A stretch of DNA of 64,000 nucleotides, from contig DAOVGR010000050.1 of assembly GCA_030672305.1 (NCBI GenBank), forward strand, positions 32,302-96,301, written 5' to 3'. The notes beneath the pieces were generated by a model. It had not been told where the DNA came from. It made no database searches and saw only the letters and a list, made by a program, of their open reading frames with translations. Of the stretch, positions 9,754-20,500 are shown in pieces. The translations under genes and the position numbers were made by a program. Within the stretch, counting starts at the first letter, position 1. Each line of letters opens with the position of its first letter. Origin of the DNA: Thermoplasmatales archaeon. GTDB lineage: Archaea; Thermoplasmatota; E2; DHVEG-1.

Positions 9754-10473
9754 ATGAGCAATAAAAAATCTTCTGGAAATATTAAGGGATTTTTTTTAAT
9801 TTCAATTATTCTATTATTTGTTTTTTCACTTGGTTTTTTTCCATTAATATTTGCTTGGAAAACCCTACTAATTTTTATATCATTTAACCAACTATGGCAT
9901 TTTTTAATATTACCATTTTTTATCTATATTGGGATAATTATCACGATTTTCTTTCAAGTCTTAATCTCAGGTATTGTAATTCATGTTTTTAACATCAAAT
10001 ATAAACCCGGTTTATTCAAGTATTCAATAAATGATAAAATGGCTTTTAGATGGATAGTTGTATGTGCATTATACACTCCAATAAGAAAAATACTTGAGAT
10101 TTTCCCAATGGGAATAAAAAATACATACTATAGATTTCTAGGGATGAAACTTGGAGAAAATAGTCTTGTCGGGGGAGTAATTAAAGACCCATGTTTAACT
10201 GATATTGGAGATAATGTGACAATGGGAGAATATGCAATTATCTATGGACATATTCATAACTATGAAAAAGGAACAATTACAATGGATAGTGTTAAAATCG
10301 GAAACAACTGTATTATTGGAGCCGGGTCTATTATCATGCCTGGAGCAATCCTTGAAGATGATGTGAAGCTTGCTGCTGGGGCAGTTGTTACGAAAGGTCA
10401 GATTTTGAAAAAAGGAAAAACCTATGGTGGTATTCCCGCAAAAGAGATAAAAAAGAGAAAAAAGAAACAGTAG
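9754..10473 (+). CDS. Membrane-anchored hexapeptide-repeat (left-handed beta-helix) acyltransferase
   Basis: Two N-terminal TM helices; IGDNV, VKIGNNCIIGAGSIIMPG, YGGIPAK. Confidence 0.85.
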   Translation: MSNKKSSGNIKGFFLISIILLFVFSLGFFPLIFAWKTLLIFISFNQLWHFLILPFFIYIGIIITIFFQVLISGIVIHVFNIKYKPGLFKYSINDKMAFRWIVVCALYTPIRKILEIFPMGIKNTYYRFLGMKLGENSLVGGVIKDPCLTDIGDNVTMGEYAIIYGHIHNYEKGTITMDSVKIGNNCIIGAGSIIMPGAILEDDVKLAAGAVVTKGQILKKGKTYGGIPAKEIKKRKKKQ

Positions 10474-10509
10474 TTAATCTCTTTATAGAATATATTTATA
10501 CATATTTTA

Positions 10510-11073
10510 ATGAAAAACCAAATTAGAAAACAGCTTATTGATAAAAGAAAAAATCTATCCTCAACAGAAGTTTTAGAAAAGAGCAGAATAATTAAAAATA
10601 AACTTTTTAATATGAAAGATTTCAAACATGCATCAACAATTCTATTTTACATATCTTACGAAAATGAAGTATATACCCATGAAATGATAAAAGAACAATT
10701 ACAAAACAAAAAAACTATTGTTGTTCCAATAGCTGATATTAAAAAGAGATGTTTAATTTTATCAAAATTAGAAAATTGGAATGACCTTGCTGTTGGTGCT
10801 TATAATATTCTTGAACCTAAAAAGGAAAGAATAATAGAAGTTAATATTGAAAGTATAGGTTTGATAATTATACCAGGTGTAGGATTTGACATAAAAGGTC
10901 GTCGTATAGGTCATGGAAAAGGTTACTATGATAATCTCTTAAATAATTCTAAAAGAGCATTGCATATTGGTTTATCATTTGAATTTCAAATTGTAAATCT
11001 TATTCCTACTGAAAATCATGACATACCAGTAGATAAAATTGTGACTGAAAAAAGAATAATAGACTGTAAATAA
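10510..11073 (+). CDS. 5-formyltetrahydrofolate cyclo-ligase
   Basis: NEVYT, ILEP, IPGVGFDIKGRRIGHGKGYYD, HDIPVD motifs. Confidence 0.93.
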   Translation: MKNQIRKQLIDKRKNLSSTEVLEKSRIIKNKLFNMKDFKHASTILFYISYENEVYTHEMIKEQLQNKKTIVVPIADIKKRCLILSKLENWNDLAVGAYNILEPKKERIIEVNIESIGLIIIPGVGFDIKGRRIGHGKGYYDNLLNNSKRALHIGLSFEFQIVNLIPTENHDIPVDKIVTEKRIIDCK

Positions 11074-11075
11074 GT

Positions 11076-12221
11076 CTATGTAACAATATCTTTCAATTTA
11101 TCTAACTCTATAGCTTTTTTAATCTCTATTGCTATTCTTTCACCATAGCTAATTGAATCACCATATAGATAACCTGAATGTGGTGTAAATCGTGTTAGAG
11201 GACTACCTGGTATTCTCATGGAAACATCAAAAACAACCATTTCCTCCTTTCCTCTATCAGCAGCAATTGCACCCTGAAGTGCAAATGGGCCAATAATTCC
11301 AGGAGGGTTTTCTCTTTTTGTTACCTTAACAAATTTTTCACCAAGTGTAAAGATCTTTTCAATAATTGATTCCTTAGTTGTTGCTGCTATATGTCCGGTT
11401 TCAATGATTTTTGGTTTCAAATATTTAAGAACTTCAAGTTGTTCATTTGCGGGAAGTCTGATAAGCCCATCAAGATTTGTCTGTCTTCTTGTATCAGTTC
11501 CCATAATCTCAAGTTCGTCATTAATTATTGAGTAGAAATAATTGAAATTGATTTGAGCGCCAATTATATATTCTTCAATAACTGCTTTGTCTAGTGCATC
11601 TTTTGTTATCATCTTCTTTGTAATCAGTTCTTCTGATTTTTTCGTATAATCTTTATAATCAATAGCGTAAAAGAAAGCTCGTTCATATCCTCGAATCGCT
11701 TCACTTACTTTTACAATAACAAGTCTGTCAATTTCTTTTGGAGATTTTACTATTTTTGGATATCGAATGCCTGCTTTTTCTAGTAAATAATATTGGTTTT
11801 TTGGAACGTCTCGTTCCTCAAGTTTTAACATTCCTCTAGACCCAAAAATCGGAACCATGAAATTGTTCTCAATGTCTGTAAAATCAAAATACACCCAGAA
11901 ATATCTGTTATGGATAAAGATTGTATTTTTTGCTCTTAATTCTTTTTGAATTTCAGGTTTAGTAATATCTGCAAATTTATCAAGAAGAATTGTTTCATCA
12001 ATGCATCCACGACCGTCTTTTCTGGTTTTATAATACTTTGTATAAGTATTTTCACGACCTTTTTGGCAAACAGCTAGTGTGTTAAAACCATGCTTTTTAG
12101 CACCACGACAAACATCAAGACCGGAATGACCACCTAAAACACCAATTGTGATATTTGATTTATCAAATGAATCTGCTAGCTTTTGAATATCTTTTCTTTC
12201 AATCATAATTAAGGCCTCCAC
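11076..12221 (-). CDS. purP: FAICAR synthetase PurP (ATP-grasp, DUF1246/DUF1297)
   Basis: LGGHSGLD, ERAFF, DTRRQTNLDG, PPGIIGPFALQ, VFDVSMRIPG. Confidence 0.88.
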   Translation of the reverse strand: MEALIMIERKDIQKLADSFDKSNITIGVLGGHSGLDVCRGAKKHGFNTLAVCQKGRENTYTKYYKTRKDGRGCIDETILLDKFADITKPEIQKELRAKNTIFIHNRYFWVYFDFTDIENNFMVPIFGSRGMLKLEERDVPKNQYYLLEKAGIRYPKIVKSPKEIDRLVIVKVSEAIRGYERAFFYAIDYKDYTKKSEELITKKMITKDALDKAVIEEYIIGAQINFNYFYSIINDELEIMGTDTRRQTNLDGLIRLPANEQLEVLKYLKPKIIETGHIAATTKESIIEKIFTLGEKFVKVTKRENPPGIIGPFALQGAIAADRGKEEMVVFDVSMRIPGSPLTRFTPHSGYLYGDSISYGERIAIEIKKAIELDKLKDIVT

Positions 12222-12231
12222 AAATATGTAA

Positions 12232-14109
12232 CTAATATTTGAACTTTGGTCTTATAGATAATTGAACTGGAAGCGGAATTCTTTGCTGGGGAAAACCGGA
12301 TGTGATTTCTTTGATTATATTATAGAGTTCATCTAACGTGTAAGCACGGTTTTCCTCACCAATTTCTTTAGTTCTAAAACGTGGTGTAAATGTTTTACTT
12401 TTACTTTCTTTTTCGCCAACAACAACTATTACAGGGATCCATTCTTTTTCTGCATCACGAATCTTACGACTAACACTTTGTTCACGATCGTCAATATCAG
12501 CTCTAACGTGAACATATTGTGATTCTTTATTAAAATCTTCAATGAAATTTTCACAAATTTTAATATAATCACTTTTAACAGGTATAAAACGGATTTGAGT
12601 AGGTGAAAGCCATACCGGTAGCATAGGTTTTTGACCTTTGCTAATTTTAATTGCCTCTTTTTCTAGCAAAGCATAAATTACTCTTTCAATAGCACCAGAA
12701 GGGCTACAATGAAGAATTAAGGGATGTTTTGGTTTTCCATCTTTATCTGTAAAATTAATATCATATCTTTCACCATTTTCTATATCAATTTGATCAGTGC
12801 TTAATGCTGATGCTTTTTCTGACATATCTACAAAATTGAATTCAAATTTTAAAATAAAGTAAAATATCCTTTCATCCCACAATTCTATTAAAATTGGTTT
12901 TCCATATTTCTTTACAAGATCTATTATGAAATCCTTATTTTTTTCATAAAAATCTTTTGTTGTTCTTAAGGCCATTTCTATATCAGCAGTATCTATTCCA
13001 ATATTGTTTAAAACACTAAGACTTAAATCAAATCTTATTTTGAACTCATTCATGGCCATATCTAAATCAGATGTAAAAGCATGAACATCAGGCATTGTAA
13101 AAGCTCTAAGTCTTCTTAAGCCTGTAAGCTCTCCAGATTGTTCTCTTCTAAAAGAGTACTTTGTTAATTCATAGATTTTCAGTGGTAAATCCTTGTAGCT
13201 AATAGTTGCATCATGTGCCATCAGAAATTGCCCAAAACAGGCAGCAAATCTCAAGAAAAAATTTCTCTTATCACTTTCAACCTGATATTGTCTAGCAGGA
13301 AATCTCTGTAAATATTTTGAAAGTGTAGGATGATCCATATCATACATAATTGGTGTTTCTACTTCTAAACCACCATATTCAACTACTCTTTGGGTTACGT
13401 ACTCCTCTATTAATTTTTTTATAAATCTGCCCTTTGGATAAAATCTCATGTTTCCTCCATCAGAGGCAGGTTCATAATCTGCAATTTCTAATTTTTGCAT
13501 TAATTTGACATGAGGTGGTTCTTGTTTTACGGCTCTTGATTTTTCCTTTTCATAAAATGAAAATTTCTTTAAATTTTCATGTTCTGTGAAATTAAATTCT
13601 CCAACATCATTTAGTTTACCATCCTCTGTCAATATATACCAATAAGAACTAAGTTTTCTTTCCTTTTTTAATGACTCTACTTCCGTTCCACCTGGAATAA
13701 TTTCTCTAGATAGTTCAGATAAAGGATGACCTTTACAAGAAATTTTAAAAGCTTTATACCAACCAAATGGGGAACGTTTTACATTGAAGTTTTTGTTTTT
13801 TAACTCATATTCAATTTCAATTAAAATTTCCTGGGCCTTTTTAGGGCTTGCAAGATCTGGAGAAAGATGAGCATAGGGGTATAGCATAATGTTTTTTACT
13901 TTAAGTTGCTCAGCTGTCTTTTCTATTTCAGCAGTTGCATCCAGTACTGCTTGTCTAGGTGACTTTTCATCTACTTTTTCAACAGCAGTAAAAGCAGTTA
14001 AAGCCTCTTCAAGTCTATCCTTTTTTTTATCTGTCTCTTCAGGTTTTTTTATTGCTTTATCCTTCACTTCGTATTCGATATAATCGCTATGAATAAGTAA
14101 CAGCTTCAT
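12232..14109 (-). CDS. thrS: Threonine--tRNA ligase, archaeal type with N-terminal editing domain
   Basis: LLLIHSD, YPYAHLS, PFGWYKAF editing domain; LRFAAC, FRREQSGEL, HCSPSGAIER. Confidence 0.97.
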   Translation of the reverse strand: MKLLLIHSDYIEYEVKDKAIKKPEETDKKKDRLEEALTAFTAVEKVDEKSPRQAVLDATAEIEKTAEQLKVKNIMLYPYAHLSPDLASPKKAQEILIEIEYELKNKNFNVKRSPFGWYKAFKISCKGHPLSELSREIIPGGTEVESLKKERKLSSYWYILTEDGKLNDVGEFNFTEHENLKKFSFYEKEKSRAVKQEPPHVKLMQKLEIADYEPASDGGNMRFYPKGRFIKKLIEEYVTQRVVEYGGLEVETPIMYDMDHPTLSKYLQRFPARQYQVESDKRNFFLRFAACFGQFLMAHDATISYKDLPLKIYELTKYSFRREQSGELTGLRRLRAFTMPDVHAFTSDLDMAMNEFKIRFDLSLSVLNNIGIDTADIEMALRTTKDFYEKNKDFIIDLVKKYGKPILIELWDERIFYFILKFEFNFVDMSEKASALSTDQIDIENGERYDINFTDKDGKPKHPLILHCSPSGAIERVIYALLEKEAIKISKGQKPMLPVWLSPTQIRFIPVKSDYIKICENFIEDFNKESQYVHVRADIDDREQSVSRKIRDAEKEWIPVIVVVGEKESKSKTFTPRFRTKEIGEENRAYTLDELYNIIKEITSGFPQQRIPLPVQLSIRPKFKY

Positions 14110-14383
14110 TGAATCAGACTCTGTAAAACAAGTAAATGTTCTTAAAGATAGTGATTAGAATAAAAATTAAATGGGGGAGGCGGCGGAGGTGTTAAACACC
14201 GCTTTTTAAAAAACTATATTGTTATTACTTGCAATCCCATCTCTCCGCCTGAATGTTTGAATGTATTAAACAATATAATAACATTTCGGAATAAACTCTA
14301 AAAAAATCTCTCCATATAAATAAGGAGTAAAAAAGGAAAATGTTTGAAAAATAAAAGTCTATCTCTTTAAAAAAATATGGATA

Positions 14384-14764
14384 TTATATCATTCTTTTGT
14401 ATGCTTCTGCATCAAGGAGTGTATTAAATTCCGATTCATCTATAATTTCTATTTCTACAAGCCAACCCTCATCATAAGGGCTTTCATTAATAGTTTCTGG
14501 AGCATCTTCAAGGCTCTGGTTAATATTTGCAACTTTTCCAGAAACAGGTGAATAAATCTCGGTAACAGACTTTACCGATTCAACAACACAAAGTTCTTCA
14601 CCTTTTTTAACTTCTTTACCGACTTGTGGTAGTTCAACAAAAACAATATCTGTTAGCTCAGACTGTGCGTGGTCAGTTATTCCAACCTTTGCGATTTTAT
14701 CATCGATCTTTAACCATTCATGACTGTCTGTATATTTTAAATTGCTTCTTACTTCATCTCCCAT
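14384..14764 (-). CDS. gcvH: Glycine cleavage system H protein
   Basis: HEW, VGITDHAQ, VESVKS lipoyl-lysine motif, NESPYDEGW. Confidence 0.96.
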   Translation of the reverse strand: MGDEVRSNLKYTDSHEWLKIDDKIAKVGITDHAQSELTDIVFVELPQVGKEVKKGEELCVVESVKSVTEIYSPVSGKVANINQSLEDAPETINESPYDEGWLVEIEIIDESEFNTLLDAEAYKRMI

Positions 14765-14806
14765 GTTATCAATTTATGGTATCTTAAAAGGTAATAAAAA
14801 TATTTT

Positions 14807-15913
14807 CTAATTTTGCTGAGCCCAATCCTTTGGTACAATAGGCGGTTTAACAACTTTTGCTTTTACGGGTTTATCTCTAATAATGATTTCAAGAATGCTA
14901 TCTTTTACTCTAAAATCAGGATGAACATACCCCATTGCAATACCAACATTAAGACATGGCGATAATGTTCCACTTGTAACTATCCCTACTTTTTTACCTT
15001 CTTTTTTAATTTCACAGTTAGGTCTTGGTATTCCTTTTTCAATGCATATTAGATTTGTAAGTCTTTCATAATCTCCCTTTTCTTTTTGTTTTAAAATGGC
15101 CTCTTTTCCAATGAAGTTATGATCCCAGTTAATTGTCCAGGACATGATAGCTTCAAGAGGTGTCCTACCTCCTTTGAATTCATTTCCTGCTAAAATAAAA
15201 CTTTTTTCAAGTCTTAATGTGTCTCTTGCTCCAAGGCCAATTGGTTTAATCCCATATTCCTTTCCAGCATCCAGGATTTTCCGAAAAACTTCTTCAGCTA
15301 AATTTGTTGGTGTAATTTGCAATTCAAAGCCAAGTTCACCAGTGTATCCAGTATGTGAAACAATACAGTTTATACCTCCAATATCCATGTATTGACAACC
15401 AAAAAAACCAACTGTTTTCAGATCTATGTCTGTTAGTTTTTGAAGTGCATCTCTAGATTTTGGACCTTGAATTGCTAAAATAACATAATCTTTTGAGACA
15501 TTTTCTGCTGTTGCACAAATTTTGTATTCCTCTGCCTTTTTATTAAGCCATTTAGTAACAGTTTCAGCCATACCTGCGTTTGGGATAATCATGTGTTTGT
15601 TCCCAAGATGCATAAAAATAGTGTCATCAATTACAGTCCCGTCTTCCCTAAGAACAGCAGTGTATTGACTCATGCAATCCCCAATTTTTGAAGCGTCTTC
15701 TACTGTTGTTAGACTGATAAGGTCTTCAGCATCATCGCCAGTAATCCATACATTACTCATATGGGAAACATCAAAAAGACCAACTGATTTTCTAACTGTA
15801 AGATGTTCATCTTTTATTGAATTATATTGAATAGGCATCTCAAAGCCTGCAAATTCTGTAAAACGTGCTCCCAATTTTTTATGGAGTGAATGAATAGGAG
15901 ATTTTATCAACAT
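14807..15913 (-). CDS. gcvT: Glycine cleavage system aminomethyltransferase T
   Basis: LFDVSHM, TGYTGELGFE, GLGARDTLRLE. Confidence 0.95.
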   Translation of the reverse strand: MLIKSPIHSLHKKLGARFTEFAGFEMPIQYNSIKDEHLTVRKSVGLFDVSHMSNVWITGDDAEDLISLTTVEDASKIGDCMSQYTAVLREDGTVIDDTIFMHLGNKHMIIPNAGMAETVTKWLNKKAEEYKICATAENVSKDYVILAIQGPKSRDALQKLTDIDLKTVGFFGCQYMDIGGINCIVSHTGYTGELGFELQITPTNLAEEVFRKILDAGKEYGIKPIGLGARDTLRLEKSFILAGNEFKGGRTPLEAIMSWTINWDHNFIGKEAILKQKEKGDYERLTNLICIEKGIPRPNCEIKKEGKKVGIVTSGTLSPCLNVGIAMGYVHPDFRVKDSILEIIIRDKPVKAKVVKPPIVPKDWAQQN

Positions 15914-15996
15914 GGGTATCTTCCAGGTGAATGTAATAACTATAGTTTAAGGATTTCGACAAAACATTTATCATACTTACCATATAACGTACAAAA

Positions 15997-16656
15997 ATGA
16001 AATTAACGGAAATTCCTGGTGTTTTCAAAGATAAAAATAAAATATTTACTGAAAATCCTAAATCATGTAAAGGAATAAAGGTTTATAATGAGAGATTGGT
16101 TAAATATAAAGGAAAAGTATTTCGATCATGGAATCCCTATAGAAGTAAACTTGCAACAGCAATACTGAATGGTCTTTCAATAAAAATAAATCCTAATTCA
16201 AATGTTTTATATCTAGGGGCAGCAACAGGTACTACCGTTAGCCATATATCAGATATTTTGAAGGAGGGTCTAGTTTATTCAGTGGAAAGTTCACCACTTG
16301 CAGTTAAAAAATTAATTCAAGTATGTGAAAAAAGAAAAAATATAATTCCAATTTTAGAGGATGCAAATCATCCAGATCGCTATAGTTTAATTGTCCCCAT
16401 TGTTGATATTGTATATCAGGACATTTCCCAAAGAAATCAAGCAGAAATTTTTATTGAAAATATCAAAAGATATCTTAAGAAAAACGGATTTGGGATTATA
16501 ATGGTAAAAGCTAGAAGTATAGACGTTTCTTTAGAACCAAAAAAAGCATTTGATCTTGTTTGTTCAAAACTTGAAGGTAGTGGTTTTAAAATCCTAAATA
16601 AAATAAATTTAAATCCTTATGAAAAGGATCATGCTGCAATTATGATTTCCTTGTAA
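15997..16656 (+). CDS. flpA: Fibrillarin-like rRNA/tRNA 2'-O-methyltransferase
   Basis: WNPYRSKLA, VLYLGAATGTTVSHISD, PYEKDH. Confidence 0.96.
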   Translation: MKLTEIPGVFKDKNKIFTENPKSCKGIKVYNERLVKYKGKVFRSWNPYRSKLATAILNGLSIKINPNSNVLYLGAATGTTVSHISDILKEGLVYSVESSPLAVKKLIQVCEKRKNIIPILEDANHPDRYSLIVPIVDIVYQDISQRNQAEIFIENIKRYLKKNGFGIIMVKARSIDVSLEPKKAFDLVCSKLEGSGFKILNKINLNPYEKDHAAIMISL

Positions 16657-16703
16657 TTTAATCGAAATAATCTTTAGATTCTATTATATTAAGAGAACAA
16701 AAT

Positions 16704-17408
16704 ATGAAAAAACCAACAGTTAAAATAATTATTGGGCTTACAAAATTTTTTCTACCCTTTATTATTGGAATTTTAGGCATACTTTCGTTGTATTTAATTG
16801 TTGATGAGGAAAGTGTAGGTAAGCTATTATTTCTAATGTTTGCATATTTTTTTCCTCCATTAGGTAAAGAGTCTGTCATTCCTATCGGAATTAGTGGTGG
16901 AGAAATAACTATTCCATTTATTAATCAATATATTGTTGTTCCAGCAATAAATCCATTAATCATGGCCCTAACGATAGCATTCGTTGATATTGTTGTTGCC
17001 TTGTTTTTACTGTGGAATTATGATCTTGCTAAAAAGATTCCATTAATCGGGAAATTTATGATAAAAGTTGAAAATATTGGAAGAAGTTCTTCAGACAAAT
17101 ATGCCTGGGTAAAACCTCTGAGATTCATAGGTATAATTCTTTTTGTTATGGTTCCTTTTCAGGGTTCTGGAGGTCTTGTTGCATCTATTCTTGGTAGGTT
17201 ATTTGGTATGAAACCTTTGAATACCTTTTTTGCCATAACAACAGGAGCAATTATCGGAACAATACTCATTGCGTATTTCGCTGATGCAATACTATCAGTT
17301 CTTGTTAAAAACTTCTTAATTGGACTTTTAATCATCATAATTATTGTTGTGATTAGCATCATGGTTCTGATGTACAAAAAGAATAATAATTTTCTAAAAA
17401 ACCATTAA
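16704..17408 (+). CDS. Small multidrug export-type membrane protein (COG2426-like)
   Basis: FVMVPFQGSGG motif, 5-6 TM helices. Confidence 0.75.
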   Translation: MKKPTVKIIIGLTKFFLPFIIGILGILSLYLIVDEESVGKLLFLMFAYFFPPLGKESVIPIGISGGEITIPFINQYIVVPAINPLIMALTIAFVDIVVALFLLWNYDLAKKIPLIGKFMIKVENIGRSSSDKYAWVKPLRFIGIILFVMVPFQGSGGLVASILGRLFGMKPLNTFFAITTGAIIGTILIAYFADAILSVLVKNFLIGLLIIIIIVVISIMVLMYKKNNNFLKNH

Positions 17409-17534
17409 ATACTATTTCTGATAAGAGTTGTACAATAATATCTATATAAGGATAATCAGAAGGATATTAATATAATAATATACTATAAATAAGGAAATCT
17501 TTAATGTAATTTATGTGGGAGGCTATTCAGCCAT

Positions 17535-20500
17535 ATGTCGAAAAGACTAATTGTGTACATTATTCTATCTATTATTCTATTATCTATATTTATTCCATAT
17601 AATTCCACAGCAGAAGAAGCACCGTGGTGGAATAAAAATTGGTCTTTCAGACAAGAAATTATAATTCCGATAGATACAAGTGATGAATATGCTAAATATC
17701 AACCAATCGATATCCATATAAGTTTCAATAATACATGTTGGGCAAAAAAAGAAGATGAACATTCAATAAGAGTAATCTATCAGTACGGAGAAAGATTAAT
17801 TGAACTTGAATCTCAGATATATGATTTAGAATTTGATAACACTGAGCATCTTAATTCATGCAATCTTGTTTTTCTTATACCTGCGCAGGCAAATGGCGAA
17901 GAGAAATACTTTGTCTATTATGATGATGAGGCGAAATCTGGACCAGATTACCAAAAACATGTTGAAATTGGCGAATCTTATTATCAATACGAACCTATCC
18001 AAGGTCTAGGATTTGAATCATCATATTATAAAATCACAGAGGGAGAGGAAATTATTTATGCAGTCAATAAAGAAGGAACAGTCTTAGGTGACAAAATATC
18101 ACAGCAGGTCACAAGATTAAAGAAAGGTGCAAAAGACATTTTACCACATAATAGCGATCAAATTGCATCATTTGATTTTAATTATTGGTGGTTTAAGGAT
18201 GGAGATTGGTGTAGTATAAGTACATCAGACCGGTTTATTTCAAAACAATTATTTGTAAATGGAAATCTAATGGTTAAATTTGGAATAGTCAGTGAATCTG
18301 AAAATGCGCTTCTCAGATCAACAGTAATTTATAAATATTATTACTGTCCAACTGAGGATAAACGATTATACACTCATGTAAAGCATGAGGTCATAGGTTA
18401 TCCTCTTCCACGAGGCGAAGAAATTGATGTAGCCTATATCATACTTTCTTGTGGCGGGATAAAGAGTAGTATCATTGATGAGTTGGACTTTGGTGAGATA
18501 CCTCCATATTTGCATTTTTATAGTGATGAAGAAAGAGTAAAGTCACATAATTTTGATCAATATCCTGATTATAGTAATTGGCAAGCAATAATACATAAAT
18601 CTGATGATTATGATCTTGGAAGTTCTCCTTGGATATCTGTTGACTATGGTGAAACAGGTAAAGCGCATGGAATAATCTTAGATTCTACCAACATCTTAAA
18701 ATCTGGTACAGATGAGCGTGATGGAATTGAGCTGCAATTATATGAAGCAAAACAAATTCAGTATCCAGGATTAGAAGGAAGTTTTGCCCAGTTATACATT
18801 ATGAGAAATGCTTTTGAACAAGGTGAACCACAAGATGAAATTATTCCTGAGAATTATGTTGTTGAGTTTAATGCAGAATATTTCACAACTGAGAATGGCG
18901 GTTATCCAGTTGTAGAAAAAGAATCAAGTATTTATCAAAAGTTAATTAGCTATCAACCTGAAAATGATGATGTAGTAGATGAAGAGGAGGACGCAGAAAA
19001 ATATAATTTAATTGTGTATCCACATCTACCGCGATCATTACTATTTAAATTTAGGCTCTCCGCTTTACTTCTTAAAGCACCACAGATCACTGCTGAACTA
19101 GTACATAATGAGGAATCAATTGGATATGGAAAACCACATAGAGTGCCTATCACAGAACAGGCTAAAATTGATTGGAAGAATATCTCATTTTTCCGGAAAA
19201 TGACTTTTACAAATATTCCTTCAGGAAAATATGTTGTTAAGATATGGCTGGAGAATGCAATATTTAGCGATGAACGGGAGTTCATAGGTTATAAAATTGT
19301 TGAATTAAACAAAGATGCTGAAGCCCGAATATTTTGTAAACATCAAGGAAAAATCAGTATATCTGTAATAAATCAAGATAAAAATGGAATTGAAAATGTA
19401 GAAATATTTCTGCTAGACGATGATACAATAATTTCAGAAGTTGAAAGTGACAATAATGGAAAAGCGGTATTAAAAGCTCCTTGCGGTCTTGGTAGCAAGT
19501 ATACTTTAAATACAACCTATAAAGGATTTTTTATAGATAAGCAAAATATTAGATTGGGAAGATTAAGACAATTTATACCAAAGAGAGTTTCATTAAGCTT
19601 TGACACTCATGATTTAATGATAAATGTTTTTGATTCAGAAGGGAAAGCCCCTGAATTTAGTGTAGATCTTAGTCTAACCAGTGATGAAATGCAGGTTCCT
19701 GTTGTAATAAAACCAAATTCTACAACTGATGGAACATATAATTTCAAAGCACTTTTTCCAGCCTATTATTTTTTAAAAATAAACTATGAATTATTTGAAA
19801 TTATGGAAAAAATAAATATACCTGATTTATCTCTATTTGAAATTAAATTATATGATTTGAAAGCTTTTATCAAAGATGATTGGAATTTGCCACCAGAGGC
19901 ACCATTAGATGTTTCTCTTACAAGTGAAGATTTTGAAAAAACTGTTGTGTTAAATGCAAAGAAATTATCTTCTGAAGAGTATCTGTTTTCAAATATTTAT
20001 CCAGGAAACTACACAATAAAAGTAAGTTACAAGTCTTATAAAAGAGAGGAATCTATTAAGATTCCCTATAGAGGGGATGGAGAAACACAAATTGTTTTTT
20101 CTGCATTATTTAATATTACAACTAAGGTTCTTAATGCTCGTGGAGATCCTTTGAAAGATTCAAAGGTTCTATTTACTAGAGGAGAAAAAGAAATTGAAGG
20201 AATTTCTAATGATGATGGAAATGTTTTATTTTCTATTCCTCCAGGAAGTTATAATAGTCAGATATACTCAAATGGAGAATTGATTGCTCAAAGAAGGGTT
20301 GATGTGTTTTATGATAAGGATTACTCAATTGTAACTACAAATGAGCCTATTATTCCTTTTATAGTAATTGCTTTAGCAATACTTTTTCTTGCTTTTGCTG
20401 TAGTTTTTGCATATAAAAAGAAAAATATTCTTCTTTTCTTGAAAATATTAGCTATTGTTCTTGCAGTAATTGCTATTGTTTCTCCTTGGTGGACAATGCA

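Noticed and set aside
14173-14250. GC-rich spacer as a possible tRNA
   Set aside because: No cloverleaf or TTC T-loop; kept only as an unknown structured element.
14384-15913. gcvH and gcvT without gcvP
   Set aside because: Split gcv loci are common; gcvP may lie outside the window.
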